Program-made: the position numbers and the translations under genes
Part shown: in pieces, positions 13,575 through 28,051 of the stretch
Numbering within the stretch: position 1 is the stretch's first letter
Layout of the letters: each line of letters begins with the position of its first letter
Assembly: GCA_965644295.1 (NCBI GenBank)
Contig: CBFFRP010000475.1
Span: 78,339-142,338 of the forward strand
DNA: 64,000 bases
Source: Paraphysomonas bandaiensis
Taxonomy: Eukaryota; Protista; Chrysophyceae
Reading direction: 5' to 3'
The notes under the pieces: model-generated
Told to the model about the DNA's origin: nothing
Seen by the model: only the letters and a program-made list of their open reading frames with translations
The model's database searches: none

Positions 13575-16500
13575 TCAAAAGTCATCTTCCCACTGTATTT
13601 CCTCCATTTCATTGCCGAAACCCTCAACCCCTGTCTCATTATCAGTTGTCGCGATGGTATTATCTCCACTGTTTGAACAGCTCTCAATTGCATCTTTACC
13701 GAGTACCCACGCATCAGTAACAGGTCTCTGGTCTACATATTCACCCGACGAATAATTTAATTCCTCGAATTCAATTTTCCCTTCATTGTGATTAAAATCG
13801 CCAGAGTTCGACCCTCTCACGCAGTGTGTTGACATATCGACCTGCTTGTGGCTTTCTTGGATTTCTCTCCAACTTCCAACATGTTGTAGCTTTTCCAACC
13901 ACTCCAACATGATCCGGTCATCAAAATCTGAGCCATCTACCGCACCAGGCCATCGCAACCCATTCTGCAGCATGCATATCGAATCAGGATCATATTCATC
14001 ACTATCCTCCCACGACACAAGTCCATCATGCCCTGTTCCAATATCAGATGAAGCTGAAGAACACTCACTCGAATGTGCATGCGCACAACCGTCACCTACA
14101 ACCGTGCACTCATCTTCACAAGTTGAAAAAGACGAACATCTCCGTATCCATTTAGTAACCTCGTTCGACGGAGGACGGGACTCTTTCTGTACCCTACTGA
14201 TACTACACTTCGCCTGCTCCTTATCGAAATTGTTCACAGTATCAGCAGGATGCACACGATGGGATGATACCGTCGGCCGGCCAACTGAAATACTCTCGCT
14301 GGATGGAAGCGAGCCTGCAAAATCTAATCGAGTTGATCCTCTTCCCGAGATCGTCAAAAAATGAAGTATGATCACAACAGTCACACATGGAACAAAGGCT
14401 AACACTGGATTCAGCCTGAAAAGTTGTACGTGTAAGACAATTATATAACCCAACCCAAAAGTACTGACAATCTCCAGGGCCATGTCTTGAATCGGTTCAG
14501 GCAGCTCAATCATACTCGTAACCGCAAATAACAGCACTCTACTAAAGGCTTGGGTCAAAAACTGAAATTTCGTATCATAATTACGCTCCATCGATCGGGC
14601 CTTGGTCTTCACTGATTTCTTCGGCCACGGTGTAGAATATTGCATAATTAGTCTACTCTCTGGAAGATTCGGATACAATGACGCCAATCTAACGGAGGGG
14701 TAAAGATACCTAGCAGCGTTGAATTCGTCATCAGAAGGACTCAAAAGAGAACTACAATTTTTCGAATTTTGTTTGAATGAAACTATATCATGAGTCACTT
14801 TCTTTTTAATCTTCATGACATCTTTCATTGTCATAAAGGGAATGGCAATATGTTGAATAATTACCATACCGGTACATACAAGTGTTATATTAAATATAAG
14901 CCACACAACAAAACTGTAAAACCAAGCCTTCTGTCGAGTCTCTGTTTGTCGCATTGCAAATAGGTATATATACAGCAACATCGCAGCCGCCACCACAGTC
15001 AAAAAAATCCATGTGCAAACTTTCGCAAATAATGTGGCCCTTCTCTTTGGGGCACTATCACGGCGATCTTTAGCATCCAATATCTGACCATTTGCACTGT
15101 CCATAAGATCCTTGATAAAGAGGTAAACTAATCTCTTGTTCTTATTTTCTCTATTTATACTTGGATTGCCAAAATATACAGATTCGCGCTGTACAATCTT
15201 ACGAACATTACTTAACTCGGAGAGGATCATTGCTTGTCCAGAGTTTTCGGAATGATCAGTAAAACAAACGAATAATTTCGTCAGCTTCAAAATCATGCTA
15301 TTTTTGACATCAGCAGTCAGTTCTTCGCCCCAAACACCTACAAACATAAGCACAATCAACAAAATATACACCACGCCAAGAAAAAAACTTACAATCAAAC
15401 TCCTCCCGCTCAGAATCCGTTAGTGTACTTCGAAATCGTCTGATATCGTTCAAAAGACGGGCAAAATCCTCATGAAGAGTAGAGTCACATACATAACCAG
15501 AAATTTCAACCTTAGGAACAGTGCTATTATATGATGTCGAACTCTCAATATGTGCTGAGTCACAACTGTCTCCACGTTCCAGTGAGCTAACTCTTGACAA
15601 TTGTCTTCTCCGCTTTGATATGCCCTCCTGTCTTGTCTCAGCCGACAAAATGAACATAATTAGACTTTGAAATGATATCGCTATCGGTGTACTGATGACT
15701 GCTGCAAATAGTGCTACTATGAGGACACGCTCGAAGTCGTTACTTATTGGTCGAATGTAGCAACTGTCTTCCACACCATCCCAATAACACTTACTCTCAC
15801 TTCTAGACAAAGATGACTTCTCTTTCAAGCACTCTTCACTGTTAGTGTAGGTTTCACACGAACCATCATCAGGATCAGCGATGTCATATGTGATGGCCTC
15901 AATGAAGAGCATCGTGAGAATGTTCATAAGAAGAGACATGATACGGATAGGACGTGAATATGTCGGAGAATAATGACATACCACTCCGATCCAGCGGTGA
16001 TATATCTGCACTTCATTCGACACTTTCTTCCAGAGTGGAACTCGTCTCAATACCATCGGAAGTGCATCTTCAATCATCTGAACATCTTTACTACTACCAG
16101 AATTTTGAACTCTCACTTGCGCCAACTTTGCCCTACCAACTTGCGGCTGTACAGTTGCATTGCTGACAGACCGAAACACACGTGCCATTATCGCATCCGT
16201 TAAGGAATTTGATTTGGTTATTAGCTGTCGACCACTTCTACTGCTACTGGGAGTAACTCTATTACTTCGTGATAAAAGCGATGACATCTTGTGAATGTTT
16301 TCTCTTTCTATACTCTTCATAAAATCCTTTTCAGTGGCTTTATCATGATTGTCCAAGTGATAGGCACCTACAACAGAGAATATTCCGAAAAGACCTATGA
16401 ACCCAACCGTGAGTAGAACACGAATACTTCCCACAACATCATGGCCACTCAAATCATCTACACTTGTCCATGTATCCACAAACTCAATCAGTATAGAACG

Positions 16501-19500
16501 ACTCACTGAAGCAAAGTCAACAGACACCGCACTGTCGTCAGATGACTCTGATTCCTGCATTCGTCGTCGCTGCCTCTCCAAAGGAATCGCGCATTCACAT
16601 GTTATATTGGAGCCAGTATATTCTATCAAAGAGCATGATACACTGTCGTCTCCAATAGCATCACACGTAACTGAGAAATCATGAACAGGGCATGAACGGG
16701 ATACAGTTCCTGATGAAGACCCGTTACATGATAGAGTGATAATATCTCCTGCCGGACATTCGTACTCTTGCGATATCAGTTCTCCTTTCTCACAATCTAA
16801 ATAGAGAGTATCGATATCACTGCCATCAGACACATGGTTCTCGGGGATGCTCTTCACATTTTGTAAAACAACAGTCACGTTACACGCATCAAACGAAGAC
16901 GTATTGCAGGGGGACTCATCAAAGCGAAGACCAAAAGGAACACTTAAAGTATATGTATCATTACTGAAGTGAGACACCAAGGATTCAACAACAGCAACTT
17001 TAAACGCAGTTTGATACGCACTCTGAGGTACCACTGCAGTTTGAGAGCTCGAGCCTACCAAATCTTCAAGAATCGTTCGAGGTGAGGTAACAGTCAAATT
17101 GCGCCGTCCATCTAGAGACAAACATGAAAAGCGAAACAAATTATTCACTACATCAATTGAGTTCTGTCCTTCAACCATATCCAGCAAGATGAAGTCGTAA
17201 TAGGCTTGATATAATACAAAGGATGTTCCCCCGACTGATGGGTCGGCATCAAGAACTAAGTCTAGAACAGCGCTCACTGCAGTGATGTCTTCATAAGACA
17301 AGCCAAGGTCAATGGCATCTGCAATGAACTCCACTGCCATAGATGCTACCAAATCTTTCGTTTTATCCTCAATACCACTTGGATCGCTGCATATTGAGGC
17401 CAAACCTTCTATCCAAGAGACAAGAGTATCTGCTGACGGATCTTCCAGAAGCGACACACTACGAATCGCTTCCGCAAGCTGATGTCGTGTTTGTAAAGTC
17501 TGATTAAATTCATCTACGCTGTACTCACACGACTGACCAGTGAAGCCATCGTAACAAGCACAGATGGCTTTACAGTGAACACTCAGCACATTGCAAGTGG
17601 TGTACGTGACATTGGCGTCGTATACAGACACATATTGGCAATATCCAGAATACGAACAATCTCCTGGACAGTCCTTAGGCATGACAACGCATACATTGGA
17701 ATCGCATACTTCCCACTGCGTCGAGTCACAGTCGCTGTTTCGGGTGCACGATGTCGGATTTGACGATCCCATTGAAAGGCGTCTTCTCGTATCATCGCTC
17801 AAGTGTAAACAGTACGTATTCGCATGACCACTTTCTCCAGTGTACCCTTCCAAACACTCTCCACATGTACTCGCAGTTGTCGTGCAGTCAAATCTATTCA
17901 GATTAGTACAGTTAGGCGCGGAAGAGCAATTCACACTGTTTAAAATTGAGGCTGTGGTTGCAATAGCTTTTTTCATCTCATCAGCATAGCCATTGGAGTT
18001 TGCAAGGGCATCTGTGAGATAGTTTTGTTTGTCCTCTGCAGAAAGTTCCTGCATCTTTACCTCCACAGAGCTATAGGAAGCAATCTTGGCGTCAAGAATG
18101 TCAAAAACTTGCAATCTCGTGCTAAGCATGAACTCCGCAGAATCCTTCCCCGCAGGCAAATCTGTAGACACATAAGAGAGCTCCAACCGAGACCGGTGAA
18201 CAAGATATGCTCCAGATGAGCCTTGATATGCGAATTCGTAAGATAACGGAATATCAGAATCTTCCCACTTTGAAGCCGAAAATGTGAATTCCGTGACAAG
18301 CATGGTCCCTGTAGATGGTGAAACAGAGTAGCTACCCGGATATGGAGGAGAATTGGTCGATATCGTAATGGCAGCAGTCGCAGAGTACCCCGTGTCTAGG
18401 CTGCATGCAAGTCGGAAGCTAAACTTCGACTCCTGGGGTAAAGTGTTTGGTGGTAACACCAGACTCAATGTATACACTTCCCGAGAAGACGCTGGAGTTG
18501 CTATCGCTTTCGTCACTTCGGACAGTGAAACCGATTGCAGATGTATTGATGGGTCGTCAACAGACCAAGTTGCTGTACCACCAGCGGCAACTTCCACGGT
18601 GGCAAGTAGTTTGAACTTCTGAGAGGGATTGATTCGAGTCCCGCTTGATGATGAAAGTGTCACCAATGGGGCCAGTGATGGAAGTACAGTGATTATAACT
18701 GTTGCAGTGGAAGATCGAAAATCTTTCGTGTGAACAACTTTCACTGTCAGCTGGTGCACGCTATCAATCATCTCATCGCTGGAATTCTGAGGTACAGATA
18801 CTGACACCTGTGATGGTGAAATAGCTGATATAACCAGGTCGCTGTTGGCTTTGTATGACGGATAGGTTTGTGCACAGCTGAAGGCAAACGACAATCCAGC
18901 ACCGACACCTGTGGCTTCGTTATTATCTTCATCGTAGCTACCAGACGCATCCACATTTACTGAGCTATCCGTTCGAACACCCCTACTAGATGATCCAGAC
19001 ACCTTCGCAACGACCAACCCTTTGACTACTGTCACAGAAACCGAGGCAGAGGAATACTTCAACGACTCCGTGTGTTGTGCTGTCAGGGTTACAGTATACA
19101 CAGTCCCCACTTCCAGAGTGTAAGGCAACAACTTGAACGTCCGCGGGTCGCTCGATTGAGAAACTAAGCTGAGAGGGGTCCCTTGTGCAAATATTTTCCA
19201 AGAATATTGTATATTCGCAGTGCTGGTCGCCCCACCACATATGGAGGTGTACGCTTGACCAGTGACTGATAGCGACGTATATCTGTACTGCAACCTCAGC
19301 TTCTTAGAATTCAAAGATACGACAGGAACATTCTCAGATGAAGAAACAACAAAAGAGTGCGTTGACCTCCCACAGCCACCGATAAAATTGCACATAACTA
19401 CTGTTATACTGTATGCGAATCCAGGATACAGTAAGGCCTGTGGCACTGTTAAGACGCCTGATGCTTCGTAATTGGCGTTTAAATAGGTAGTGACCAAGGA

Positions 19501-22500
19501 AACATTCTCGTGAATTCCATAAACATTAAACGACACATTCACAAAGGAGCGCCCTCCAGAACCCTTGGATCCAGATATATCTAGGGGTAGTGAGTCACAT
19601 GGCCCGATCTGAGAAGGTGATATAATCGATAATGTGGGAACAAGAGGCGTTTGCGGAGCATGTATTCTGATAGAGGTCAATGAATTAAACTGCCACGTAC
19701 TACACGCAGGACCGTTATTTAGCACTTTACATTTAGCTCGAATCTTATTCGCTTGCAGTGTAATTACATCAGACACACCAACAACTCCACTCGCCCCAGG
19801 ATATATCGACACTCTTGAATCATCAACCCATAAGCATCTCGTGTCCTTCTGAATACCCGGAAACGAAAACACATCAATGCAGTTGAAATTATTGGTATAT
19901 CCTGCACGATTGGTGGGTGCATCAAACAGCAGTGTTATCTTAGTTCCATCATTAGAAAAGGTCGCTGACATCAATACTGGAACCGCGGGTTCCGTATCAG
20001 CAGCAAGCACAGTGATAAAACTTGCAGGAGTATAGGAAATGACATAATCATTTGCTGATAATCCCGACATTGTAAATGCCAAGTCATACACACCAGCGTT
20101 CTGGCGAATATACGCCACATACTCAACAGTAGATGAAGTGAAAACCACAGACGATGGGACAAACGGATATACTGTTGAGTTTTGAAAGGCAGCCAACGAT
20201 ACATTCAAGTCATTGGGTACTACATCACCAGCATCGAGCTTCAATGCAACTGCCGTGTCTTCTACACTCGAGTACGAAGTCGCAATCAATTCAACATTTA
20301 AGGTTCGACAGCATGCCGTCCTTGCCGCTGACTTGGTCCCACGCATTAGATCATAATCCATTGGTGTATCTAGTGCAGAGTACGTAGCACAGTATACATC
20401 ATAATCTGAAGACGCAATTAAACCCTCGATGATAAACGACACAGTCGTGGAAGTTATCGATATCAAATCATTGCGAAGAAGAAGAGTATCAACAGTAGAC
20501 GGAACAAATGAATTCGATGCTAAGTACGCTGAGCAAACGAGAGATCCTTCCGGTACATCGACAGCCACTGTGGCTGTAATCGAGTTAGTTGTGCTGGATA
20601 CAGTTACGCTCAATATATCAGATGCCACTGATAACTCGGTAAATTCTATCTGCAATATGTTTAATATCGTAGGAAACAGGGGGGTTTCAACCTCATTACA
20701 TGGACTATCGTATATGATCGCAGATGGTTTAACAGTTGATGGCGTGCATGGAGAGGCAGTACAGTTCGCACACAGGAATGCAGAAGTCAGGCTCCCACAA
20801 CGGCCCACCATCCAACTCGTATCATGACACTTGAAAGATATGGATGAAGACACGGTTGCCTTGGACACTGACATAAGTGTAGTCACAATATCAGCAGCAG
20901 TTGCACTATCGTTACAAGTCACAGTCACTGATTCCAGGTCAGCTGAATAGTCTACTGTCGATATCATACTGAGAGTAGAAGCTGTATAGGTAATCAACGC
21001 TGTCGCAATATCGTCATTGACGAAAACTTCCCACTCGCCACATGTGCCATACCCGCGTTCACCTTTGACTACTAAGCTCGCAAAGGTACTTCTCGCTCCC
21101 AGATCAATGCCATTGATATATGCATCATATTTCTCTTTCCACAGAGTCAAGAATGATATCGACGGAGATAGAGAAGGTACAAGTGTAGGACTCATGGAGA
21201 GTGTTGGTGGTAAAGTTGGATAGTGAGTAACTGTAGGAACTGGCGCGCATGTTGGTCGGTATGTTGGAAATGATGTCGGTACCTTAGTAGGAATATTAGT
21301 AGGTGAAAACGTGGGAAATCCTGTAGGCGATGTTGTTGGTTTCGATGATGGCACTGAGGTGGGAGTGGAGCTTGGATCGCAAGTGGGACCGTACGTGGGT
21401 TGCCTAGTCGGCTCCCCACTTGGCTGCGAACTCGGAACTCCTGTTGGTATAGCGGATGGTATGCTAGAAGGTTGACTGGTAGGCGAGGCACTAGGACAAG
21501 ATGAAGGCTGTCCAGAAGGAATAGTTGATGGCAGGGTTGTCGGTTCACCAGATGGTCTACAACTTGGTTGACCTGTAGGCAACCCCGTAGGCTGACTGGA
21601 AGGTTCACTCGTGGGTTGGCTAGTGGGTTCCCCTGAAGGCTGAGCACTAGGCTGACCAGAAGGTTCACCAGTGGGTTGGCCAGAGGGTTCCCCTGAAGGC
21701 TGCCCAGAAGGCTTACCTGTAGGTTCTCCAGAAGGTTGAGCACTAGGCTGTCCAGAAGGTTCGCCAGTGGGTTCCCCTGAAGGTTGAGCACTAGGCTGAC
21801 CAGAGGGTTCACCAGTGGGTTGGCCAGAGGGCTTCCCAGAAGGTTGGGCGCTAGGTTCACCTGTAGGTTGGCCAGTGGGTTCCCGTGAAGGCTGGCTGGA
21901 AGGTTCGCCAGTGGGTTGTCCGGAAGGCTTACCTGTAGGTTCTCCAGAAGGTTCGCCAGTGGGTTCCCCTGAAGGTTGAGCACTAGGCTGACCAGAAGGT
22001 TCACCAGTGGGTTGGCCAGAGGGCTTCCCAGAAGGTTGGGCGCTAGGTTCACCTGTAGGTTGGCCAGTGGGTGCCCCTGAAGGCTGGCTGGAAGGTTCGC
22101 CAGTGGGTTGTCCTGTAGGTTCTCCAGAAGGCTGAGCACTTGGTAGTCCAGAAGGTTGGCCTGTGGGTTCCCCTGAAGGTTGAGCACTAGGCTGACCAGA
22201 AGGTTGGCCAGTGGGTTGACAAGTGGGCTTCCCAGAAGGCTGAGCACTAGGTTCCCCTGAAGGCTGACCAGAAGGCTGGCTGGTAGGTTCACCAGTGGGT
22301 TGTCCTGTAGGTTCTCCAGAAGGTTGAGCACTAGGCTGTCCAGAAGGTTCGCCAGTGGGTTGGCCAGTGGGCTTCCCAGAAGGTTGGGCGCTAGGTTCCC
22401 CTGAAGGCTGACCAGAAGGCTGGCTGGTAGGTTCACCAGTGGGTTGTCCTGTAGGTTCTCCAGAAGGTTGAGCACTAGGCTGTCCAGAAGGTTCGCCTGT

Positions 22501-25500
22501 GGGTTCCCCTGAAGGTTGAGCACTAGGCTGACCAGAAGGTTCGCCAGTGGGTTGGCCAGTGGGCTGACCAGAAGGTTGGGCGCTAGGTTCACCTGTAGGT
22601 TGACCAGTGGGTGCCCCTGAAGGCTGACCAGAAGGCTGGCTGGAAGGTTCACCAGTGGGTAGTCCTGTAGGTTCTCCAGAAGGTTGAGCACTAGGCTGTC
22701 CAGAAGGTTCGCCTGTGGGTTCCCCTGAAGGTTGAGCACTAGGCTGACCAGAAGGTTCACCAGTGGGTTGGCCAGAGGGCTTCCCAGAAGGTTGGGCGCT
22801 AGGTTCACCTGTAGGTTGGCCAGTGGGTGCCCCTGAAGGCAGTCCAGAAGGTTCGCCAGTGGGTTGTCCTGTAGGTTGAGCACTAGGCTGACCAGAAGGT
22901 TCACCAGTGGGTTGGCCAGTGGGCTTCCCAGAAGGTTGGGCGCTAGGTTCACCTGTAGGTTGGCCAGTGGGTGCCCCTGAAGGCAGTCCAGAAGGTTCGC
23001 CAGTGGGTTGTCCTGTAGGTTGAGCACTAGGCTGACCAGAAGGTTCACCAGTGGGTTGGCCAGTGGGCTTCCCAGAAGGTTGGGCGCTAGGTTCACCTGT
23101 AGGTTGGCCAGTGGGTTCCCCTGAAGGTTGACCAGAAGGTTCGCCAGTGGGTTCCCCTGAAGGTTGAGCACTAGGCTGACCAGAAGGTTCACCAGTGGGT
23201 TGGCCAGTGGGCTTCCCAGAAGGTTGGGCGCTAGGTTCACCTGTAGGTTGGCCAGTGGGTGCCCCTGAAGGTTGACCAGAAGGCTGGCTGGAAGGTTCGC
23301 CAGTGGGTTGTCCTGTAGGTTCTCCAGAAGGCTGAGCACTAGGCTGACCAGAAGGTTCCCCAGTGGGTTGGCCAGTGGGCTTCCCAGAAGGTTGGGCGCT
23401 AGGTTCACCTGTAGGTTGGCCAGTGGGTTTCCCTGAAGGCTGACCAGAAGGCTGGCTGGAAGGTTCACCAGTGGGTAGTCCTGTAGGTTCTCCAGAAGGC
23501 TGAGCACTTGGTAGTCCAGAAGGTTGGCCAGTGGGTTGTCCTGTAGGCCGAGCACTAGGCTGACCAGAAGGTTCACCAGTGGGTTGCCCTGTAGGTTCTC
23601 CAGAAGGCTGAGCACTTGGTAGTCCAGAAGGTTCACCAGTAGTAGGTTGGCCAGTAGGTTCCCCTGAAGGCCGAGCACTTGGTAGTCCAGAAGGTTCACC
23701 AGTGGGTTGGCCAGTAGGTTCCCCTGAAGGCCGAGCACTAGGCTGACCAGAAGGTTCACCACTGGGTTCGCAAGTGGGCTCCCCAGAAGGATGACCAGAA
23801 GGTTGGCCAGTGGGTTCCCGTGAAGGCTGAGCACTAGGTTGTCCAGAAGGTTCACATGTGGGTTGGCCAGAGGGTTTCCCTGAAGGTTGTCCAGTAGGTT
23901 CACCTGTAGGTTGGCCAGTAGGTTCCCCTGTAGGCTGAGCAGAAGGTTCACAGGTGGGTTGGCTAGTGGGTTCCCCTGAAGGCTGTCCGGAAGGTTCGCC
24001 CGTAGGTTGCCCTGAAGGTTGACCGGTAGGCTGACTAGAAGGTTCACCAGTGGGTTCTCTTGAAGGCTGAGCACTTGGTAGTCCGGAAGGCTCGCCTGTG
24101 GGCTCCCCAGAAGGTTTGCCCGTGGGTTGGCCCGTAGGTTTCCCTGCAGGCTGTCCAGTAGGTTTCCCTGAAGGTTGCCCAGTGGGTTGCCTAGTGGGTT
24201 CTGCTGAAGGCCGAGCACTAGGCTGACCAGAAGGTTCTCCAGTGGGTTGTCCTGTGGGTTCCCCAGAAGGATGACCAGAAGGTTCCCCTGAAGGCTGTCC
24301 AGACGGCTCCCCAGTGGGTTGGCTACTGGGTTCTCTAGAAGGCTGACGACTAGGTTGTCCAGAAGGTTGGTTTGTGGGTTCCCCAGAAGGCTGACCTGAA
24401 GGCTCACCAGTGGGTTCCCGAGAAGGCAGCCCAGAGGGATAACTCGTTGGAACACTTGTAGGCTGACAAGAAGGTTCAAATGTGGGTTGTCCTGTCGGTT
24501 GACTACTAGGAGTACCAGAAGGAGCATTTGTTGGTTGACCTGTTGGCTGTGCGGTGGGTTGAATGGCATGAAAATACAATATATCATTCAAAGGTGATTC
24601 GTTTCCTTTACCTCCCAAAGACCACATTTCATTCTCTAGCACAATAATCGCATGTTCATATCGATTGTGAAAAGAATTCGTCGAGTCGGTAGCTAATACC
24701 CATGTGGTTTCATTATAAGAGTACCACATATCATTCAAAAGAGACGATTGATTGTCCCTACCACCAACGACCCACATTTTGCCGTCGAAAACAACACTGC
24801 TGTGAAACTCTCGATTACTCCATGGTGCGTGCGAAGTCACACTTTGCCAATTTGCTCCATCAACAGAGCGCCATACGTCATTCATAACACCACTACTTTG
24901 AGTATAGCCACCAGCAATCCACATATTACTTTCATATACCGTCATTGAGTGACCATAACGACCATTCCAAGGAGCGTTGGTGACGGACAATATCCACGTC
25001 GAACCGTTAGTAGAATGCCAAACATCACTTCCAAAATTTGTACCACTCTTGCCACCAGTGACCCATATTTTATCATTGAATACAGCACTGGCGTGATGGA
25101 ACCGAGCACTCCACGAAGCCGACGCAGTTGCTCTCTCCCATGCTGATCCGTTTGTTGAGAACCAAACATCATTCATTTCGTGGGAAGAATATCCACCCAA
25201 TATCCATATTTTATTGCCATATACGACACTGCTATGGCCATACCGACCACCCCAATTAGCAGTTTGAGTAGAAAGTGTCCACTCGTTTCCATTTGGAGAG
25301 GACCACACATCTTTCAAGTTCTTGCTAGAAATGTTTCTACCACCCAACACCCACATTTTGTTTTCAAAAACAACACTCGTATGGCCGTATCGAGCACTCC
25401 ATGAAGCCGCATCTGTTAACTGTTCCCATCCTGAAAATAATGAATAAATGAGGCGTCTCAAAGTGAAAAGGAGCTCAATTTACCCGTCGACATATATAGG

Positions 25501-25971
25501 GTCCGTTTTCTATTGTTCTCGCCATCAATAGTAGTAGTTGCGGCATCGAAATACTGGTCCTCGGCTCCGCGCAGAGTAAATATATTATCATAGGACAATC
25601 TGGAGAAGACTACAGCATAATATCATGTTAAACAACTGTATATTTCATCGTATAAATAGGAACTTTCGTTCACGTACAAAACAAGCGAGTGGGACATCAA
25701 TCGACTTTATCTAACCTGATTCCCTGACAATTTCCTGTTTCGGATGATCCATATAAAAAGGTGATATTTCAGTTGTTGACGAGACCTTCAAAGACAAAAA
25801 TATTAAATAATACAGCACAGGTATTTGGATTACCTCCATATCGTTGTCGTTATATCCATCGGACAGCTCACGTGAAGGAAACATACATAACGCCAACATA
25901 ATGACAAGAATGAACAAACACACGTGAGCATTCGATAGTACCCCACGAGACAACAGTACCAATGAATACAT
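13575..25971 (-). CDS. Gene B: giant polycystin-1/PKDREJ-like membrane protein with N-terminal Kelch beta-propeller and PSGQ/PTGE stalk (~4044 aa)
   Basis: Predicted exons 25971-25834, 25785-25716, 25609-25484, 25430-15393, 15337-13575 (all GT-AG, frame-consistent, 12135 nt; the first two introns are less certain). Hydrophobic leader VCLFILVIMLALCMFPS; about six Kelch repeats (WSARYGHTSVVFENKMWVLGG..DVWSS); core nearly identical to gene A; last exon has several more TM helices and an acidic tail. Confidence 0.85.
21364..24560 (-). repeat. Coding minisatellite stalk of gene B (12-nt/4-aa units PSGQ, PTGE, PSAQ, PSGK)
   Basis: Directly visible tandem repeats; ~1060 aa; unit sequences differ from the stalks of A and C. 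Confidence 0.95.
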
Positions 25972-28051
25972 GCTGTAATAACAGTAAGTGGATATCTAAA
26001 AATATCAGACACGTCTAACGCTATTCCTAATAACAAACAGACAATACGATAGCAATCATTAACTAAGAAATATGAAAATCTATCCAAGAAAGTACATCAC
26101 TATTCTAAATATAAACAATCATGGATTACATGAGTCTCAACTTGCTTATTGATTGATAACTAGAACTAGAACACATGTGTATGTACAGCTATATAACATA
26201 TCAGACACAGCAGTATGTCTGTATACCTTGGAGTGCGGTGACCTAAAACTGGTTATCAACCACAACAGCACGCAGGTCGTAAACCTAAATAATTAGGAAA
26301 TGTTGGAGTTTTTAGTTTCAATTCATCAAAACTGTCACAAATATAGAATAATATAGAACAAAAATTAACTTCGACAACAGACTCCATACCACCCTCACTT
26401 GGGGACTTTGTATTATAGATGTAAAAGTGCGGACTTTTTTTACAAATTGCTGATTACGTTGAATATGTTACGAAGTTTTGACCCAAGAGAGAACCGAGCA
26501 AAGTGGTCGTTTTTTTCTTGCATATAAAAACCCATCGCCAAAACGACCAGTTGATAAACCGGCATATCTCGATATCCAATAATCATTTTTTCACTCCACC
26601 CCTACATGGTACACCACGCAGCGATTATCGCTCAATTCTCTCCCCGGTATGCATCATATGGCCATAACAACAACACAATAGAAAGAAATATGAAAATAAA
26701 GGTTCGATGAAGGACCATATGTCGGAATAACAGCTCCGAGGCTCCTAAAGCGGATTTAGTATGATATAATAAATACATATATGTCATATGATCTAATGAT
26801 GTCAATGAAGAGTATCCGTTGATACCATTTCGTGTATAAATAGGAGAGTATATTTCGAGTATAATTTGGATTGTATTTTCTGTATACTTCTTTATTCATC
26901 ATTACCAAGCCAGTTGCTTGACTGGCACTGCCAGTTGCTCGGTCGTAACATATATCTAACGTGATTTTGGCCTTATATAAAGCACTTTGAAATCCAAGAA
27001 TGTCTCTTATTGGGGAGCCTGCGATTATGGGACCTTCGGCGGCACCTACAGCTTATTAACAAGGATAAATTTTGTGCTGAATGCTGAAGGCGAAACTCTG
27101 GTGATGTTATGTTCTTAGACTACTTAGAAGGGGATGAGTACAAGCTTATCGTATGTAGCGAGTCACAGAGATTTTAGAATAGAAAAACCTAGTACTACTT
27201 GTTCTAGTAGCTCCCTGCAATACATCCGATGCGGTAATTTATATAGATTTCTTCCATGCTGCATTACTAATTATGATTTAGGTTATGTGGGATAGGGACT
27301 AGTCCATAGTCCATCGTCAAATTATTATCAGTGGAAGTGTATTTTTAGGACGCATTTCATAATTGCATATTCGTCATTGCTCCTTATGCTCAATGGCATA
27401 TGAACACAATGTCGACAGTTGAGAAAGCCAACACCACCATCTTAAGTGGAGTCCATAGTCGACGTCGTATTGATTCCGAGAATAGAGAGCTTCAGAATGG
27501 GCTTTTATTCGTGCATGTCACAATATATGTTTGTTTTGTAATCAGAATACATGTAAGGTGGTGATAAAACAATATGTTGTTCATGTTGCATTCGAAGTGG
27601 TTGAGCCACCGTGTAAATTGGCATGGACACAGCATGCAATGAATTGCCAATGCCTCTCACTCTCAACCACTACGTGTATCTCTCATCTTCAACTTTGCAA
27701 TAAGTTGATTGAAATCGCTGTTGATACTTGAGTTATCAAACTTTTGCGAGCGTCGATTCAAGTTCGCCAACATATCCTTAAGAATTGTTTCCATCAGTCC
27801 CTGTTACTGAAACAAGGCAAAGATGTCTGTATATCACTTCACCAAATCGTACCAGATCAACTCCATAGTTTGATGACAGCTACCCATCTCAATTGGAATG
27901 TCACAATATGCAAGACGTCGTCAAGGTGTCGTGGGACTGTCAGGGTTACATGGAATATTCAGTTGATACTAGGCTATCTACTTGTCACTACCAAAACAAT
28001 TGTTATATCAAATATAATAATATTGATTACTGTAGTAATAGTGACGATATA

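Noticed and set aside
13575-15398. 607-aa ORF (and the 618-aa ORF at 54914-56770) as separate genes
   Set aside because: They are terminal exons of genes B and C, joined in frame by canonical 55- and 52-nt introns at the same position.
21192-24587. 1131-aa Leu/Asn-rich ORF in an alternative frame of gene B, superficially LRR-like (LNLQGNPL)
   Set aside because: It coincides with the repeat stalk; a few stop-free units amplified in tandem explain the open frame, and there is no regular LRR period.
27170-28030. Possible decayed coding sequence on the minus strand
   Set aside because: Frames are broken by stops and I recognise no family motif.
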